Part shown: positions 44,433 through 53,243 of the stretch, piece after piece
How the letters are laid out: each line of letters opens with the position of its first letter
How positions within the stretch are numbered: the stretch's first letter is position 1
DNA from: an uncultured Candidatus Binatia bacterium
Lineage (GTDB): Bacteria; Desulfobacterota; Binatia; UBA9968; JAJDTQ01
NCBI GenBank assembly: GCA_965213675.1
Contig: OZ243916.1
Coordinates: 2,208,001 to 2,272,000, forward strand
Length of the DNA: 64,000 nucleotides
Direction of reading: 5' to 3'
Notes under the pieces: generated by a model
Database searches by the model: none
The model's input: the letters and a program-made list of their open reading frames with translations, nothing else
What the model was told of the DNA's origin: nothing
Program-made: the position numbers and the translations under genes

Positions 44433-44958
44433 GAAGACCGCACGGGTGCTGAGCGCGGCCCAGATGGCGCGGATCCTCGCGGGCTTCGCCAAACGCATTG
44501 CGGGCGAGTTCGACGCGGCCGCCTCCCTGGCTTTCGTTGGCATCCGCACCCGCGGCCCGACCCTGGCGCGGCGCGTGGCGGACATGCTGAAGGAGAAGCA
44601 TGGCTTGGCGGTGAGCGTGGGCGAACTGGACATCACGCTCTACCGCGACGACCTGAACACACTCCTGCCGGAGGGGCGCATCGACGGCACCCATGTTCCC
44701 TTCGAGGTCAGCGACAAGACCCTGATTCTGTTCGACGACGTGCTCCATACCGGACGCACGGCTCGCGCCGCCGTGGATCACCTCATGGCCTTGGGGCGGC
44801 CCCGGGCCGTCTTTCTGGCGGTGCTGGTGGACCGGGGCGGGCGCGAACTCCCCATCGAGGCCCGGTTCGTCGGCAAGGAGGTGGACCTGCGGAAGGGCGG
44901 AGACGTGCGCGTGAGGCTGGCGGAGGTGGATGAGGTGGACGAGGTTGTGGTGGCCTGA
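44413..44958 (+). CDS. pyrR: PyrR-family phosphoribosyltransferase (atypical)
   Basis: VGIRTRG, LDITLYRDD, DDVLHTGRT, DRGGRELPI. Confidence 0.8.
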   Translation: MQKSGTEKTARVLSAAQMARILAGFAKRIAGEFDAAASLAFVGIRTRGPTLARRVADMLKEKHGLAVSVGELDITLYRDDLNTLLPEGRIDGTHVPFEVSDKTLILFDDVLHTGRTARAAVDHLMALGRPRAVFLAVLVDRGGRELPIEARFVGKEVDLRKGGDVRVRLAEVDEVDEVVVA

Positions 44959-44964
44959 AGCCCC

Positions 44965-44993
44965 TTGACAAGCCGCACCAATACCCGTATGAG
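44965..44993 (+). promoter_or_regulatory. Putative sigma70 promoter of the ABC operon
   Basis: TTGACA-N17-TATGAG. Confidence 0.45.
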
Positions 44994-45050
44994 GCAGGGT
45001 TTGATCGGGGCAGGGCTCCAAAAACCCCATTTTCACACCCATCTGATTTC

Positions 45051-45881
45051 ATGAGCAAGACACAAGAAGTTCCCCTCGAAGAGACCCAGGAATCGTCGTT
45101 TGTCAAGTCTGTGAAAGGCGTCTACAACCGCCACCGCATCGGCATCAACTTCTTCTTGTCGGTGATCCTGGCCCTGTTGACGTGGGAGTTCATCGACTAC
45201 ATCTTCGATGATCCCGACTTCTTCACCGGCCCAGTGGCAGTAGCGGTCGAATTCACCGTGCTGATCTACGAGCCGCGGTTCTGGGAAAACATCAACTACA
45301 GCGGCACCGAGCTGATCTACGGCTTCGGACTCGCCATGATCCTGGGAGTCGTCATCGGCGCGGCGGTGGCTTTCAGCAAGACCCTGGACGAGATGTTCTC
45401 CCCCATCCTGGTGGGCCTCTACGCCACACCGCGTTCGGTGGCGGCGCCGCTGTTCATCATCTGGCTGGGCCTCGGCATCGCCTCCAAGGTCGGCGTCATC
45501 ACCCTCGCCTCGGTGTTTCCCGTGATCATCAACACCCAGGCCGGCATCAAGAACGTTCAGGGCGAGTTCCGCATGCTGGGACGGGCCTTCAACATTTCGT
45601 TCTGGGGCATACTGACCAAGATCATCATACCGGGGTCGATGCCGTTCCTGATCGCGGGACTGAGGCTCGGCTACTCCCGGTCGGTGGTGACCATCATGGT
45701 GGCGGAGCTGTTCGGGGCCGAGGCCGGTATCGGCTACATGATCGACCACGCGACCCAGACGTTCCACGTGGCCGAAATGATGGTGGGCATCTCGCTCCTG
45801 ACCATCATGGGCATCGCGGGCAACGAGATCCTGAAGGGCGTCGAGCGCTGGGCCACGCCTTACAGGAAGACTTTGGTCTAA
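45051..45881 (+). CDS. NitT/TauT-family ABC permease
   Basis: TM helices; PLFIIWLGLG, IIIPGSMP, VAELFG. Confidence 0.9.
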   Translation: MSKTQEVPLEETQESSFVKSVKGVYNRHRIGINFFLSVILALLTWEFIDYIFDDPDFFTGPVAVAVEFTVLIYEPRFWENINYSGTELIYGFGLAMILGVVIGAAVAFSKTLDEMFSPILVGLYATPRSVAAPLFIIWLGLGIASKVGVITLASVFPVIINTQAGIKNVQGEFRMLGRAFNISFWGILTKIIIPGSMPFLIAGLRLGYSRSVVTIMVAELFGAEAGIGYMIDHATQTFHVAEMMVGISLLTIMGIAGNEILKGVERWATPYRKTLV

Positions 45882-45904
45882 GCAAAAGAGCCGGAAGCGG
45901 AGCC

Positions 45905-46690
45905 ATGGAAGCCTTGTCAAGGATCTATCAGCAGCAGCGAAGATGGCTGAACGCCATCTTCGGCCTCACCGTCGTGGCGGTGTTCTGGTCATTCGCCAAC
46001 TGGCAGGTCAACAGCGAGTTGTTCTTCGTGGGCCCATGGCGGGTGATTACCTACACCTACGAACTATTCGCCAGCGGCGAGATCCTTGACGATCTGTACA
46101 TCAGCGGCATCGAGTTCTTTTGGGGATTCGGCGTGGCCGCGTTCGCGGGCATCGCCCTCGGGATGATTTTCGGGATCAGCCGGGTTTTCCGCGAATTCTT
46201 CGATCCCTGGCTCAGCGCGGTCTATGCCACACCGTCGGTGGCCTTGGCGCCGCTCATCATCATCTGGTTCGGCGTGGACCTCACGGCCAAGATCGTCATC
46301 GTCCTCATCACCGCGGTCGTCCCCATCGTCCTGAACACCTACACCGGGGTCCTGAGCGTCGGCAAGGAATTCCAGACCCTGGCCAACTCGTTCTGCATTC
46401 CCAAGAATCAGGTCCTTTACAAGATCCTCATTCCGGGTTCACTCCCCTACATCGTCACGGGGCTGCGCCTCGGCATCTCCCGCGGGATCGTGGGAGTCGT
46501 CGTGGGAGAGTATTTCGGCGCGTATGCGGGACTCGGCTATCAACTGTTCAAGGGACTGGATACCTTCAACATGCCGCTCATGATGTCGTGCGCGGCCATG
46601 CTCGCCGGCACCGGCGTGGTGCTCAATCAGGCGATTCTCGTGATCGAGCGCCGCATGGCGCCCTGGCGTGACACCCAATTACAGGAGTAG
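45905..46690 (+). CDS. NitT/TauT-family ABC permease
   Basis: PLIIIWFG, ILIPGSLPYIVTGLR, VVGE. Confidence 0.9.
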   Translation: MEALSRIYQQQRRWLNAIFGLTVVAVFWSFANWQVNSELFFVGPWRVITYTYELFASGEILDDLYISGIEFFWGFGVAAFAGIALGMIFGISRVFREFFDPWLSAVYATPSVALAPLIIIWFGVDLTAKIVIVLITAVVPIVLNTYTGVLSVGKEFQTLANSFCIPKNQVLYKILIPGSLPYIVTGLRLGISRGIVGVVVGEYFGAYAGLGYQLFKGLDTFNMPLMMSCAAMLAGTGVVLNQAILVIERRMAPWRDTQLQE

Positions 46691-46693
46691 TCC

Positions 46694-47485
46694 GTGTCGT
46701 CATCGATTCAGGTAGAGCAAATCCACAAGACCTTCATGAAACCCACCGGGGAGACGGTCCATGCCGTGGGCGGCGTCGACATGGATCTCCGTCCGGGGAC
46801 GTTCTATTCGTTCGTGGGACCCAGCGGCTGCGGCAAGACGACGCTGCTACACATGATCCATGGGCTGCTGCCCCCTACCAGGGGCCGTATCCTGCTGGAC
46901 GGCGAGGAAGTGACCGGTCCGACGCCCAACAAGGCCGTGGTGTTCCAGCAGGCCCTGCTGCTACCTTGGCGGAACGTTACCGACAACATCCAGTTCGGCA
47001 TCGAGAACGACCGCAGCATGTCCGCCACCGAAAAGCGCGAGATCTGCGACAAGTACACGCAGATCGTCGGGCTGCGCGGCTTCGAGACCCACTACCCCCA
47101 CGAACTCTCCGGCGGCATGCAACAGCGTGTGAACCTGGCCCGCGCGCTGGCGGTGGACCCTGAAATTCTCCTGATGGACGAACCCTTCGCCTCCCTGGAC
47201 GCCCAGACGCGGCTGCTCATGCAGGAAGAGCTGCAGCGGATGATCGACTGGAAGAACTCGGGCAAGATAGTGGTCTTCGTGACCCACGACATCGAGGAAG
47301 CCGTGTTTCTTTCCGACGTCGTTTTCTGCTTCAGCTTCAGGCCGGGGACCATCATGAAAGAGATCAAGGTCCCTTTCCCCACCCCGCGCACACTACGAGT
47401 CAAGGAAGAACCCGAGTTCCTGCAGATCAAGCACGACATCTGGGAGTTGCTCGCGGACGAGGCTCGCAAGGCCATGGAGGAGTAG
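46694..47485 (+). CDS. NitT/TauT-family ABC ATP-binding protein
   Basis: GPSGCGKT, LSGGMQQR, LMDEPF, VTHDIEEA. Confidence 0.95.
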   Translation: MSSSIQVEQIHKTFMKPTGETVHAVGGVDMDLRPGTFYSFVGPSGCGKTTLLHMIHGLLPPTRGRILLDGEEVTGPTPNKAVVFQQALLLPWRNVTDNIQFGIENDRSMSATEKREICDKYTQIVGLRGFETHYPHELSGGMQQRVNLARALAVDPEILLMDEPFASLDAQTRLLMQEELQRMIDWKNSGKIVVFVTHDIEEAVFLSDVVFCFSFRPGTIMKEIKVPFPTPRTLRVKEEPEFLQIKHDIWELLADEARKAMEE

Positions 47486-47582
47486 CCCCCCGCCGTTTGG
47501 CAGGCATCGTTCCATTTGTTCCATTTGCACCGGCAATAACGCGAAGTTCTGGGCTGAGTCTCACAAACAAGGAGGGACGCCG

Positions 47583-47624
47583 ATGAAAACTGAACTTGTC
47601 GTTGGAAGAGTCGCCGTTGCCTGA
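47583..47624 (+). other. Candidate 13-aa upstream ORF MKTELVVGRVAVA
   Basis: AAGGAGGG at 47569-47576, ATG 47583, TGA 47624. Confidence 0.3.
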
Positions 47625-47687
47625 CTGCGGGCATGCCTGTCACAGGTCGGCCGGACGCCGACCCTGAAACAGCAAAGGGGAGCACTC

Positions 47688-48710
47688 ATGACATCCAAGC
47701 GCATTGCGAAGATTATTGTCGCGGCCTTGCTGGGCACCGGCCTGTTGTTCGCCGGCCACGCGTTGGCCCTGGAGAAGCTCCGTATCCCGGTGGCGTCCCC
47801 CAACTCGAGCACCGCACTGGTGCAGCAGGTGGGCATCCACAAGGGCTGGTTCAAGGAGATCGGCTACGACGCCGGGGTCTACTCGGTGTCGGGCGGCGAG
47901 AACGCCGCCGTGCTGGCCCTGGAACGGGGTCAGCTCCCCTTCTTCAGCTCGGACGACGTCGTTCCCTTGGCCATTCGTCCCAGCAGCAACATCCGGGTCG
48001 TCGGCACCTTGATGAATACACTGCCCTACTGGCTGGTGGGCGGCAAACACGTCAAGTCGTACAAGGACCTGCCCCGGCCCGTGAAAGTGGGCATCAGCTC
48101 CCCCACCTCGGGTAATGTCTATGTGTCCCTCAAGCTGCTCGAGACCGCCGGCATTGACAGAAAGGATGTGCGCCTGGTGAAAGTCGGCGGGTCGTCGGCG
48201 CGTCTGGCAGGGGTCAAAGCGGGCAAGATCGACGTGGGCTCGCTGACCTTCGGCAACATGCTGCGCGCCCGGGAAGCGCAGTTGACGATCCTCGGCGCCG
48301 CCAACCAGTTCGTGAAGGAATACGCCTTCACGCAACTGGGCATGAACAAGAACTACATCAAGGACAATCCGGAGAAGGCCACGGCCATGTTCGGTACCCT
48401 CATCCGCGGGTGTGCGTACATCAACGACCCCGCGAACAAGGAAGAGGTGATGCACGTCCTCACGAAGGTCATGCGCAACAAGCCGAACCTGGCCAAGGAG
48501 ATGTACGACATCGAGGTGACCAAGAGCAAGCACATCCCGGACCGCTGCCAAGCCACCGAGGCGGGCATCAAGGCCTTCCTCGACTCGGCCTTCTGGACCA
48601 AGTCCATAGCGGCGGACACCAAGATTCCGCCCATCAACGAGATCCTGTTCCCCGAGTTCTATGAACGCGCCTTGGCTTGGTACAACAACAAGGGATGGAT
48701 GAAGAACTAG
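47688..48710 (+). CDS. ABC substrate-binding protein (NMT1/SsuA-like), copy 1
   Basis: Signal peptide ending ALA; KGWFKEIG, VGGSSARLAG..AGKID, NPE; in the ABC operon. Confidence 0.88.
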   Translation: MTSKRIAKIIVAALLGTGLLFAGHALALEKLRIPVASPNSSTALVQQVGIHKGWFKEIGYDAGVYSVSGGENAAVLALERGQLPFFSSDDVVPLAIRPSSNIRVVGTLMNTLPYWLVGGKHVKSYKDLPRPVKVGISSPTSGNVYVSLKLLETAGIDRKDVRLVKVGGSSARLAGVKAGKIDVGSLTFGNMLRAREAQLTILGAANQFVKEYAFTQLGMNKNYIKDNPEKATAMFGTLIRGCAYINDPANKEEVMHVLTKVMRNKPNLAKEMYDIEVTKSKHIPDRCQATEAGIKAFLDSAFWTKSIAADTKIPPINEILFPEFYERALAWYNNKGWMKN

Positions 48711-48840
48711 GGAAGAGTCACAGCAAAGGATGTTGCAGAGAGAGGGATCCCTCTGATGTCTCACAAGACGTCGGACGGGTCCCCCTTCTATCAATAACAG
48801 GCCGACAACGGCCAGTAGCGAACAACAAGGAGGAAACCAC

Positions 48841-49863
48841 ATGAGGGCCAAGAGCATTGCAAGGGGAATCACCACAGCCCTGCTGGGAGCCAGCCTCGTC
48901 TGGAGCGGGCACGCACTCGCACTGGAGAAACTCCGCATCCCGGTGGCGCAGACCACCTCCACCACGTCGCTGGTGGAGCAGGTGGCCATCCACAAAGGCT
49001 TTTTCAAGGACATCGGCTACGACGCCAGGGTCTACTCGGTCTCGGGCGGTGAGAACGCCGCGGTCCTCGCCCTGGAACGGGGTCAGCTCCCGTTTTTCGG
49101 ATCGGATGACAACATCGCCCTGGCCATTCGTCCAGGCAGCAGCATCCGCATCGTCGGCACCGAGGTGAACACCCTGCCCTACTGGCTCGTGGGCGGCAAA
49201 CACGTCAAGTCCTACAAGGACCTGCCCCGGCCCGTGAAGGTGGGCATCAGTTCTCCCACGTCCGGCAACGTCTACGTGTCTCTCAAGCTGCTGGGGACTG
49301 CGGGCATTCCCGAGAAGGACGTGCGCCTGGTGAAGGTCGGTGGATCGTCGGCGCGGTTGGCCGGCGTCAAGGCTGGCAAGATCGACGTGGGCTCGCTCAC
49401 CTTCGGCAAGATGCTGGCCGCGCGGGACGCGGGCCTGACGGTTCTCGGCGCCGCGGAACAGTTCGTGAAGGAATACGCGTTCCTGCAGCTCGCCATGAAC
49501 AAGAACTTCATCAAGGACAACCCCGAGAAGGCCACCGCCTTGATGGGCACGCTCGTTCGTGCATGCGCCTTCATCAACGACCCGGCCAATGGCGAGGAAG
49601 TGCTGCACGTCTACGAGAAGGTGATGCGCAACAAGCCGCACATCGCCAAGAAGATGTACGAGATCGAGATCGTGGAAGCGAAGTCCATCCCGAACCGCTG
49701 TCAGGCGACTGCGGCAGGTATCGATGCGTACATCGAGTCCGCGTTCTGGACCAAGTCCATCGACAAGGACACCAAGGTCCCGCCAGTGGAACAGATCATG
49801 TTCAAGGAGTTCCACGACAAGGCCGTGGCCTGGTATGAGAACAAGGGCTGGATGAAGAAGTAG
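48841..49863 (+). CDS. ABC substrate-binding protein (NMT1/SsuA-like), copy 2
   Basis: Same length (340 aa) as copy 1, with long identical blocks. Confidence 0.88.
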   Translation: MRAKSIARGITTALLGASLVWSGHALALEKLRIPVAQTTSTTSLVEQVAIHKGFFKDIGYDARVYSVSGGENAAVLALERGQLPFFGSDDNIALAIRPGSSIRIVGTEVNTLPYWLVGGKHVKSYKDLPRPVKVGISSPTSGNVYVSLKLLGTAGIPEKDVRLVKVGGSSARLAGVKAGKIDVGSLTFGKMLAARDAGLTVLGAAEQFVKEYAFLQLAMNKNFIKDNPEKATALMGTLVRACAFINDPANGEEVLHVYEKVMRNKPHIAKKMYEIEIVEAKSIPNRCQATAAGIDAYIESAFWTKSIDKDTKVPPVEQIMFKEFHDKAVAWYENKGWMKK

Positions 49864-49895
49864 AATCGACAGGCGACGCCGTCGCCAGCGCGAGG

Positions 49896-49941
49896 AAGGG
49901 GTCCTTTCGATGCCGCCGGGCACCGGGAGGGCCCCTTTTTT
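49896..49941 (+). terminator. Intrinsic terminator of the ABC operon
   Basis: AAGGGGTCCTTTC...GGGAGGGCCCCTT hairpin followed by a T-run. Confidence 0.7.
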
Positions 49942-49970
49942 GCACCCGCGAAGACCGCGACCCTCCACCT

Positions 49971-50012
49971 CGTCGTTTCCACCTCCACGGGTATCCGGGG
50001 GCGGGAATGACG
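49971..50012. repeat. Degenerate REP-like hairpin
   Basis: CGTCGTTTCC...GCGGGAATGACG; tail identical to the REP family. Confidence 0.5.
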
Positions 50013-50041
50013 GTAGCGGGCGTTCTCGACGGTATCGACGG

Positions 50042-51244
50042 TCAGGCGAGCAGTTGCAGCGCGGCTGCGGCGTAGATGCGCGCGGCCCGGCGAACTTGTT
50101 CCAGCGGCACCACTTCGGCGTCCGTATGGGCGAAGGCGAGATCGCCGGGACCAAACATGACCGTCTCGATGCCCTGCTCGTTCAGGTAGCCCGCGTCCAG
50201 CGCCGCCGGGAAGTAAATCGGCGGCCCGGCCTCCCCCGCTTCCCCGCGCGCCGCCTCCAGGGCTGCAGCCACGTCGCTGCTGGCCGGCACGTCCGCCGGA
50301 TACATGAAGTTCCCCCGAATCACCTCCACCTGCCAGGGTTCGATGTCCGCCAGCGCTCGGGAGATGGCGGCCAACGCCTCCGACGGGTCCTCTCCCGGCA
50401 TGAGCCGCCGGTCCAGCGTCAGCCGGCAGCGGTCCTGGATGGTGTGGAGGATGTCGGGACCGCTCTCGATGTGAGTGGCCACCAAGCTCGCCGGACCCAG
50501 CTCCGGGTGGGCGATGCCCGCCACCAATCCATCCAGGCGTTCCAGGACGGCGCGGGCGCCGTCCACCGCATTGATCCCGGCCCACGGCGTGCTGCTGTGA
50601 CAGGACTTGCCGCGCACCACCACGTCCACGTCGATGCGGCCCTTGTTGCCCAGGCAGACCCGGTTGGTGGTGCCCAGTCCGACGATTCCGTAACGCGCGG
50701 CAAGCCCTTCCTCCTCCAGCATGTGACGCGCGGCGTCATGCCGCCCGGTTTCCCCCGCGAGACTCACCGCCAGGGACAGCGGCCGGGTCAGCTCCAGGCC
50801 CGATCGGCACACCGCCGCCGCGCCCGCCATCATGGCGGCAAGCGCGGCCTTCTGCTCGCAGCCGCCGCGGCCCCATAGGCATGGGCCGTCCAGTCCGTAG
50901 TCCTCGCCGCGAACGACTTTCGCCGAGAACGGCTCGGGCATCGAAGCCGCCGGAAAGGTCATCGCGTAACCCATGAAGAGCAGCCCTTCCGCCGCATCGG
51001 ACCCTGCGCCGCCGCACCGCCACAGCAGGTTGCCCATGCCGTCGGCGCGCGGCGCCACGCCGGTGAGTCCTTGAAGCCTGGGCGCCACCACATCGGCGGC
51101 AAACCGCTTGACCGCGGGATCCGCCTCCATAAGCTCGGTGTGCACCGACGGCGCCCGGAGCAGCGCCCCAAACAGCGCATCCAGCTCCAGATCGTCGACA
51201 TGCCTGCCAGCAACGACAAAGGCTTCGCGTGGGTCCATCGTCAT
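50042..51244 (-). CDS. M20/ArgE-DapE-fold protein with divergent metal site
   Basis: WGRG..EQK, GKSCHSSTPWAGINA, DRRLMPGE, LDAGYL, FGPGD..AHT..E. Confidence 0.8.
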   Translation of the reverse strand: MTMDPREAFVVAGRHVDDLELDALFGALLRAPSVHTELMEADPAVKRFAADVVAPRLQGLTGVAPRADGMGNLLWRCGGAGSDAAEGLLFMGYAMTFPAASMPEPFSAKVVRGEDYGLDGPCLWGRGGCEQKAALAAMMAGAAAVCRSGLELTRPLSLAVSLAGETGRHDAARHMLEEEGLAARYGIVGLGTTNRVCLGNKGRIDVDVVVRGKSCHSSTPWAGINAVDGARAVLERLDGLVAGIAHPELGPASLVATHIESGPDILHTIQDRCRLTLDRRLMPGEDPSEALAAISRALADIEPWQVEVIRGNFMYPADVPASSDVAAALEAARGEAGEAGPPIYFPAALDAGYLNEQGIETVMFGPGDLAFAHTDAEVVPLEQVRRAARIYAAAALQLLA

Positions 51245-51312
51245 GCGTCAAGCGCGATACGGCCGTTCACCTTTTTCCATGCGTCCATGCTGCTGCCCCA
51301 CGCATCCGGCGC

Positions 51313-51966
51313 CTACTCACGCCGGCCCTCGAAGATCTCCACCCGGATGGCCTGCCCCCGGCCGGATTCCGGGCAGGCGCTGACCGCCGCCAGGCAGTCC
51401 ATCTCCGCGCGAAAGTCCACGTGGGCCTCATCCCTGGGGCGTATGAAGGTGTCGAAGATGGCGCCCGTGTCCGGGTCGAAGCGCATGGTCTGGAAGATAT
51501 TGAACGGGCTCGGAATGTCCACCGGAGCGATGTCCCAAGGGCGCACCGCCTCGGACAGGTTCTCGTAGCACCCGTGGGTGGGAATGTCCTCGGGCCGCTT
51601 GGGGTTGGGGTCCACCCCCTCGATGAAGTTGCGTTGGGCGCGTCCCGCCGCCACCAGTTCGAAGCGCTTGCGGCTGCACATGCCCTTCTGCAGATCGTGC
51701 CGCCCCTCCGCAAACGTGTCCGCGACGATGGTCAGCAGCGGATTGTTGAGCTTGGACAGAAGCTGATCGCCCGTGCTGATGAATAGCTTGGCCTGGTTGG
51801 TCTTGGTGCGCGCCTGATCGAATCGCTCCGTCAGGTCGTGCAGGTTGAAAGCCACGAAATCCACCACCGACCGGCCCGCCACCCGCAGGCACTGCCCTCT
51901 CAGAACGGTAAGGGCAAACCCCGAATTCTTCGGAACGGTCACGCTGCTCAGAACGCGGTTCAGCAT
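51313..51966 (-). CDS. DUF1989 (urea carboxylase-associated family) protein, copy 2
   Basis: ERFDQARTK, HDLQKGMC, HGCYENL, PFNIFQ, SACP. Confidence 0.82.
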   Translation of the reverse strand: MLNRVLSSVTVPKNSGFALTVLRGQCLRVAGRSVVDFVAFNLHDLTERFDQARTKTNQAKLFISTGDQLLSKLNNPLLTIVADTFAEGRHDLQKGMCSRKRFELVAAGRAQRNFIEGVDPNPKRPEDIPTHGCYENLSEAVRPWDIAPVDIPSPFNIFQTMRFDPDTGAIFDTFIRPRDEAHVDFRAEMDCLAAVSACPESGRGQAIRVEIFEGRRE

Positions 51967-52233
51967 ACATTACAATCCTGCGTTGGCGGCCAACTCGTCG
52001 TATCCGCCTTCGGAAGTCTGGATGCGCCCTCAACTACCAGTGCCCGGATGCTGTCTCAGGTACGGCTCCTCATCCTTGAAGCAACGCCAAGGCGGCATGG
52101 TCATGTGTCACAGTCGGGTTGGACGATGTCAAGAGCGCGGTTCGCGCCCTGTGCCGCACGGCGCCTCCCCTTGCGTTGAAGGTAGCCTCGTGCTACCTGA
52201 AAATCAGTCGGCGTTTACCAAGGGAGGCATGCC

Positions 52234-52950
52234 ATGTTCACCGACAAGGTCGAATTGAAAGACTTCGAAAAGATGGATCCGGAGTATCAGGATCTGCTGA
52301 AGCGGGTGCTGGCGATCCAGTGCGACTGCGAGATCGGTGGGCCGCACCTCTACCTGGACGACATGCTGCCCAGCGCGCCCAGCAAGCTGTACCGACTCGT
52401 GGTGGCACGCACCGCGGCGGAGGAAGTGGACCACTACCGCAAGATGGCCAAGCTGGCCAGCGACATCGGCGAGGACACGTCCTACGTGCTGAGCTGGCCC
52501 AACCAGAAGCGCTACGTGGAAGCGTTCCGCGGCAAGATCACGACGTGGGAAGATTTTGCCGTGTTCGGCTTCCTGATCGACCGTGTCGGTCGCTACCAGC
52601 TCGAGGAGTTCCAGGACTGCAGCTACGTGCCCCTGGCCGAACTCCTGCCTACGGTGGAGCAGGAAGAAGTGGCGCACATCTCCTTCGGCACCAACATGAC
52701 GCGGGAACTGGCCGAGAAGGGCGACGAATCCCGGGAACGTGTCCAGAAGTCCATCAACTACTGGTACGTCAAGGGTCTCGACATGTTCGGCAAGTCGGAG
52801 TCGTGGCGCTCCGAACGTTTCCGTCATTGGGGCCTCAAGCGGCGCACCAACGCCGAGGCGCGGCAGCAATACACCGACGAGATCAACGCCCTCATCACCG
52901 GCATGGGCCTCGACATCCCGGATCCCAACGAGGGCCGGCTCTACGCCTGA
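52234..52950 (+). CDS. Ferritin-like diiron protein, PaaA/BoxB (aryl-CoA epoxidase) family
   Basis: DCEIGG, EEVDH, LIDRVG, EEVAH, LDMFG, LKRRTN.E.RQ; SD AAGGGAGG. Confidence 0.8.
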   Translation: MFTDKVELKDFEKMDPEYQDLLKRVLAIQCDCEIGGPHLYLDDMLPSAPSKLYRLVVARTAAEEVDHYRKMAKLASDIGEDTSYVLSWPNQKRYVEAFRGKITTWEDFAVFGFLIDRVGRYQLEEFQDCSYVPLAELLPTVEQEEVAHISFGTNMTRELAEKGDESRERVQKSINYWYVKGLDMFGKSESWRSERFRHWGLKRRTNAEARQQYTDEINALITGMGLDIPDPNEGRLYA

Positions 52951-52963
52951 GACGGAATCCACG

Positions 52964-53152
52964 ATGGCACAAGCACCCCGTTCAGCGGCAATCGACGAGC
53001 ACCTGAAGGAATGCATCGCGGCGGTCCACGGCGCCGTCAACCGGGCGATCCCCAACGTTCAGGACGAGAAGATCGTGGACCAGGCGCTCCGGGACTGTCA
53101 GGAAGTCCTGGACATGGTGATGGAGGGGAAGGTCTCCGAGTGGGTGGAGTGA
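52964..53152 (+). CDS. 62-aa hypothetical helical protein
   Basis: MAQAPRSAAIDEHLKECIAAV...; GC3-rich codons, 13 nt after the diiron gene stop. Confidence 0.7.
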   Translation: MAQAPRSAAIDEHLKECIAAVHGAVNRAIPNVQDEKIVDQALRDCQEVLDMVMEGKVSEWVE

Positions 53153-53243
53153 CCCCGACGGATTCCTCTCTCCCGCCATCGCATCCGAACGCACCACAGG
53201 TCGGCGCGGCCGGCCCGCACACCCCCTGCCGGAGGTTCGCAAC

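Noticed and set aside
47498-47514. Sigma54-like TGGCA...TTCCA
   Set aside because: Wrong spacing and no GC at -12.
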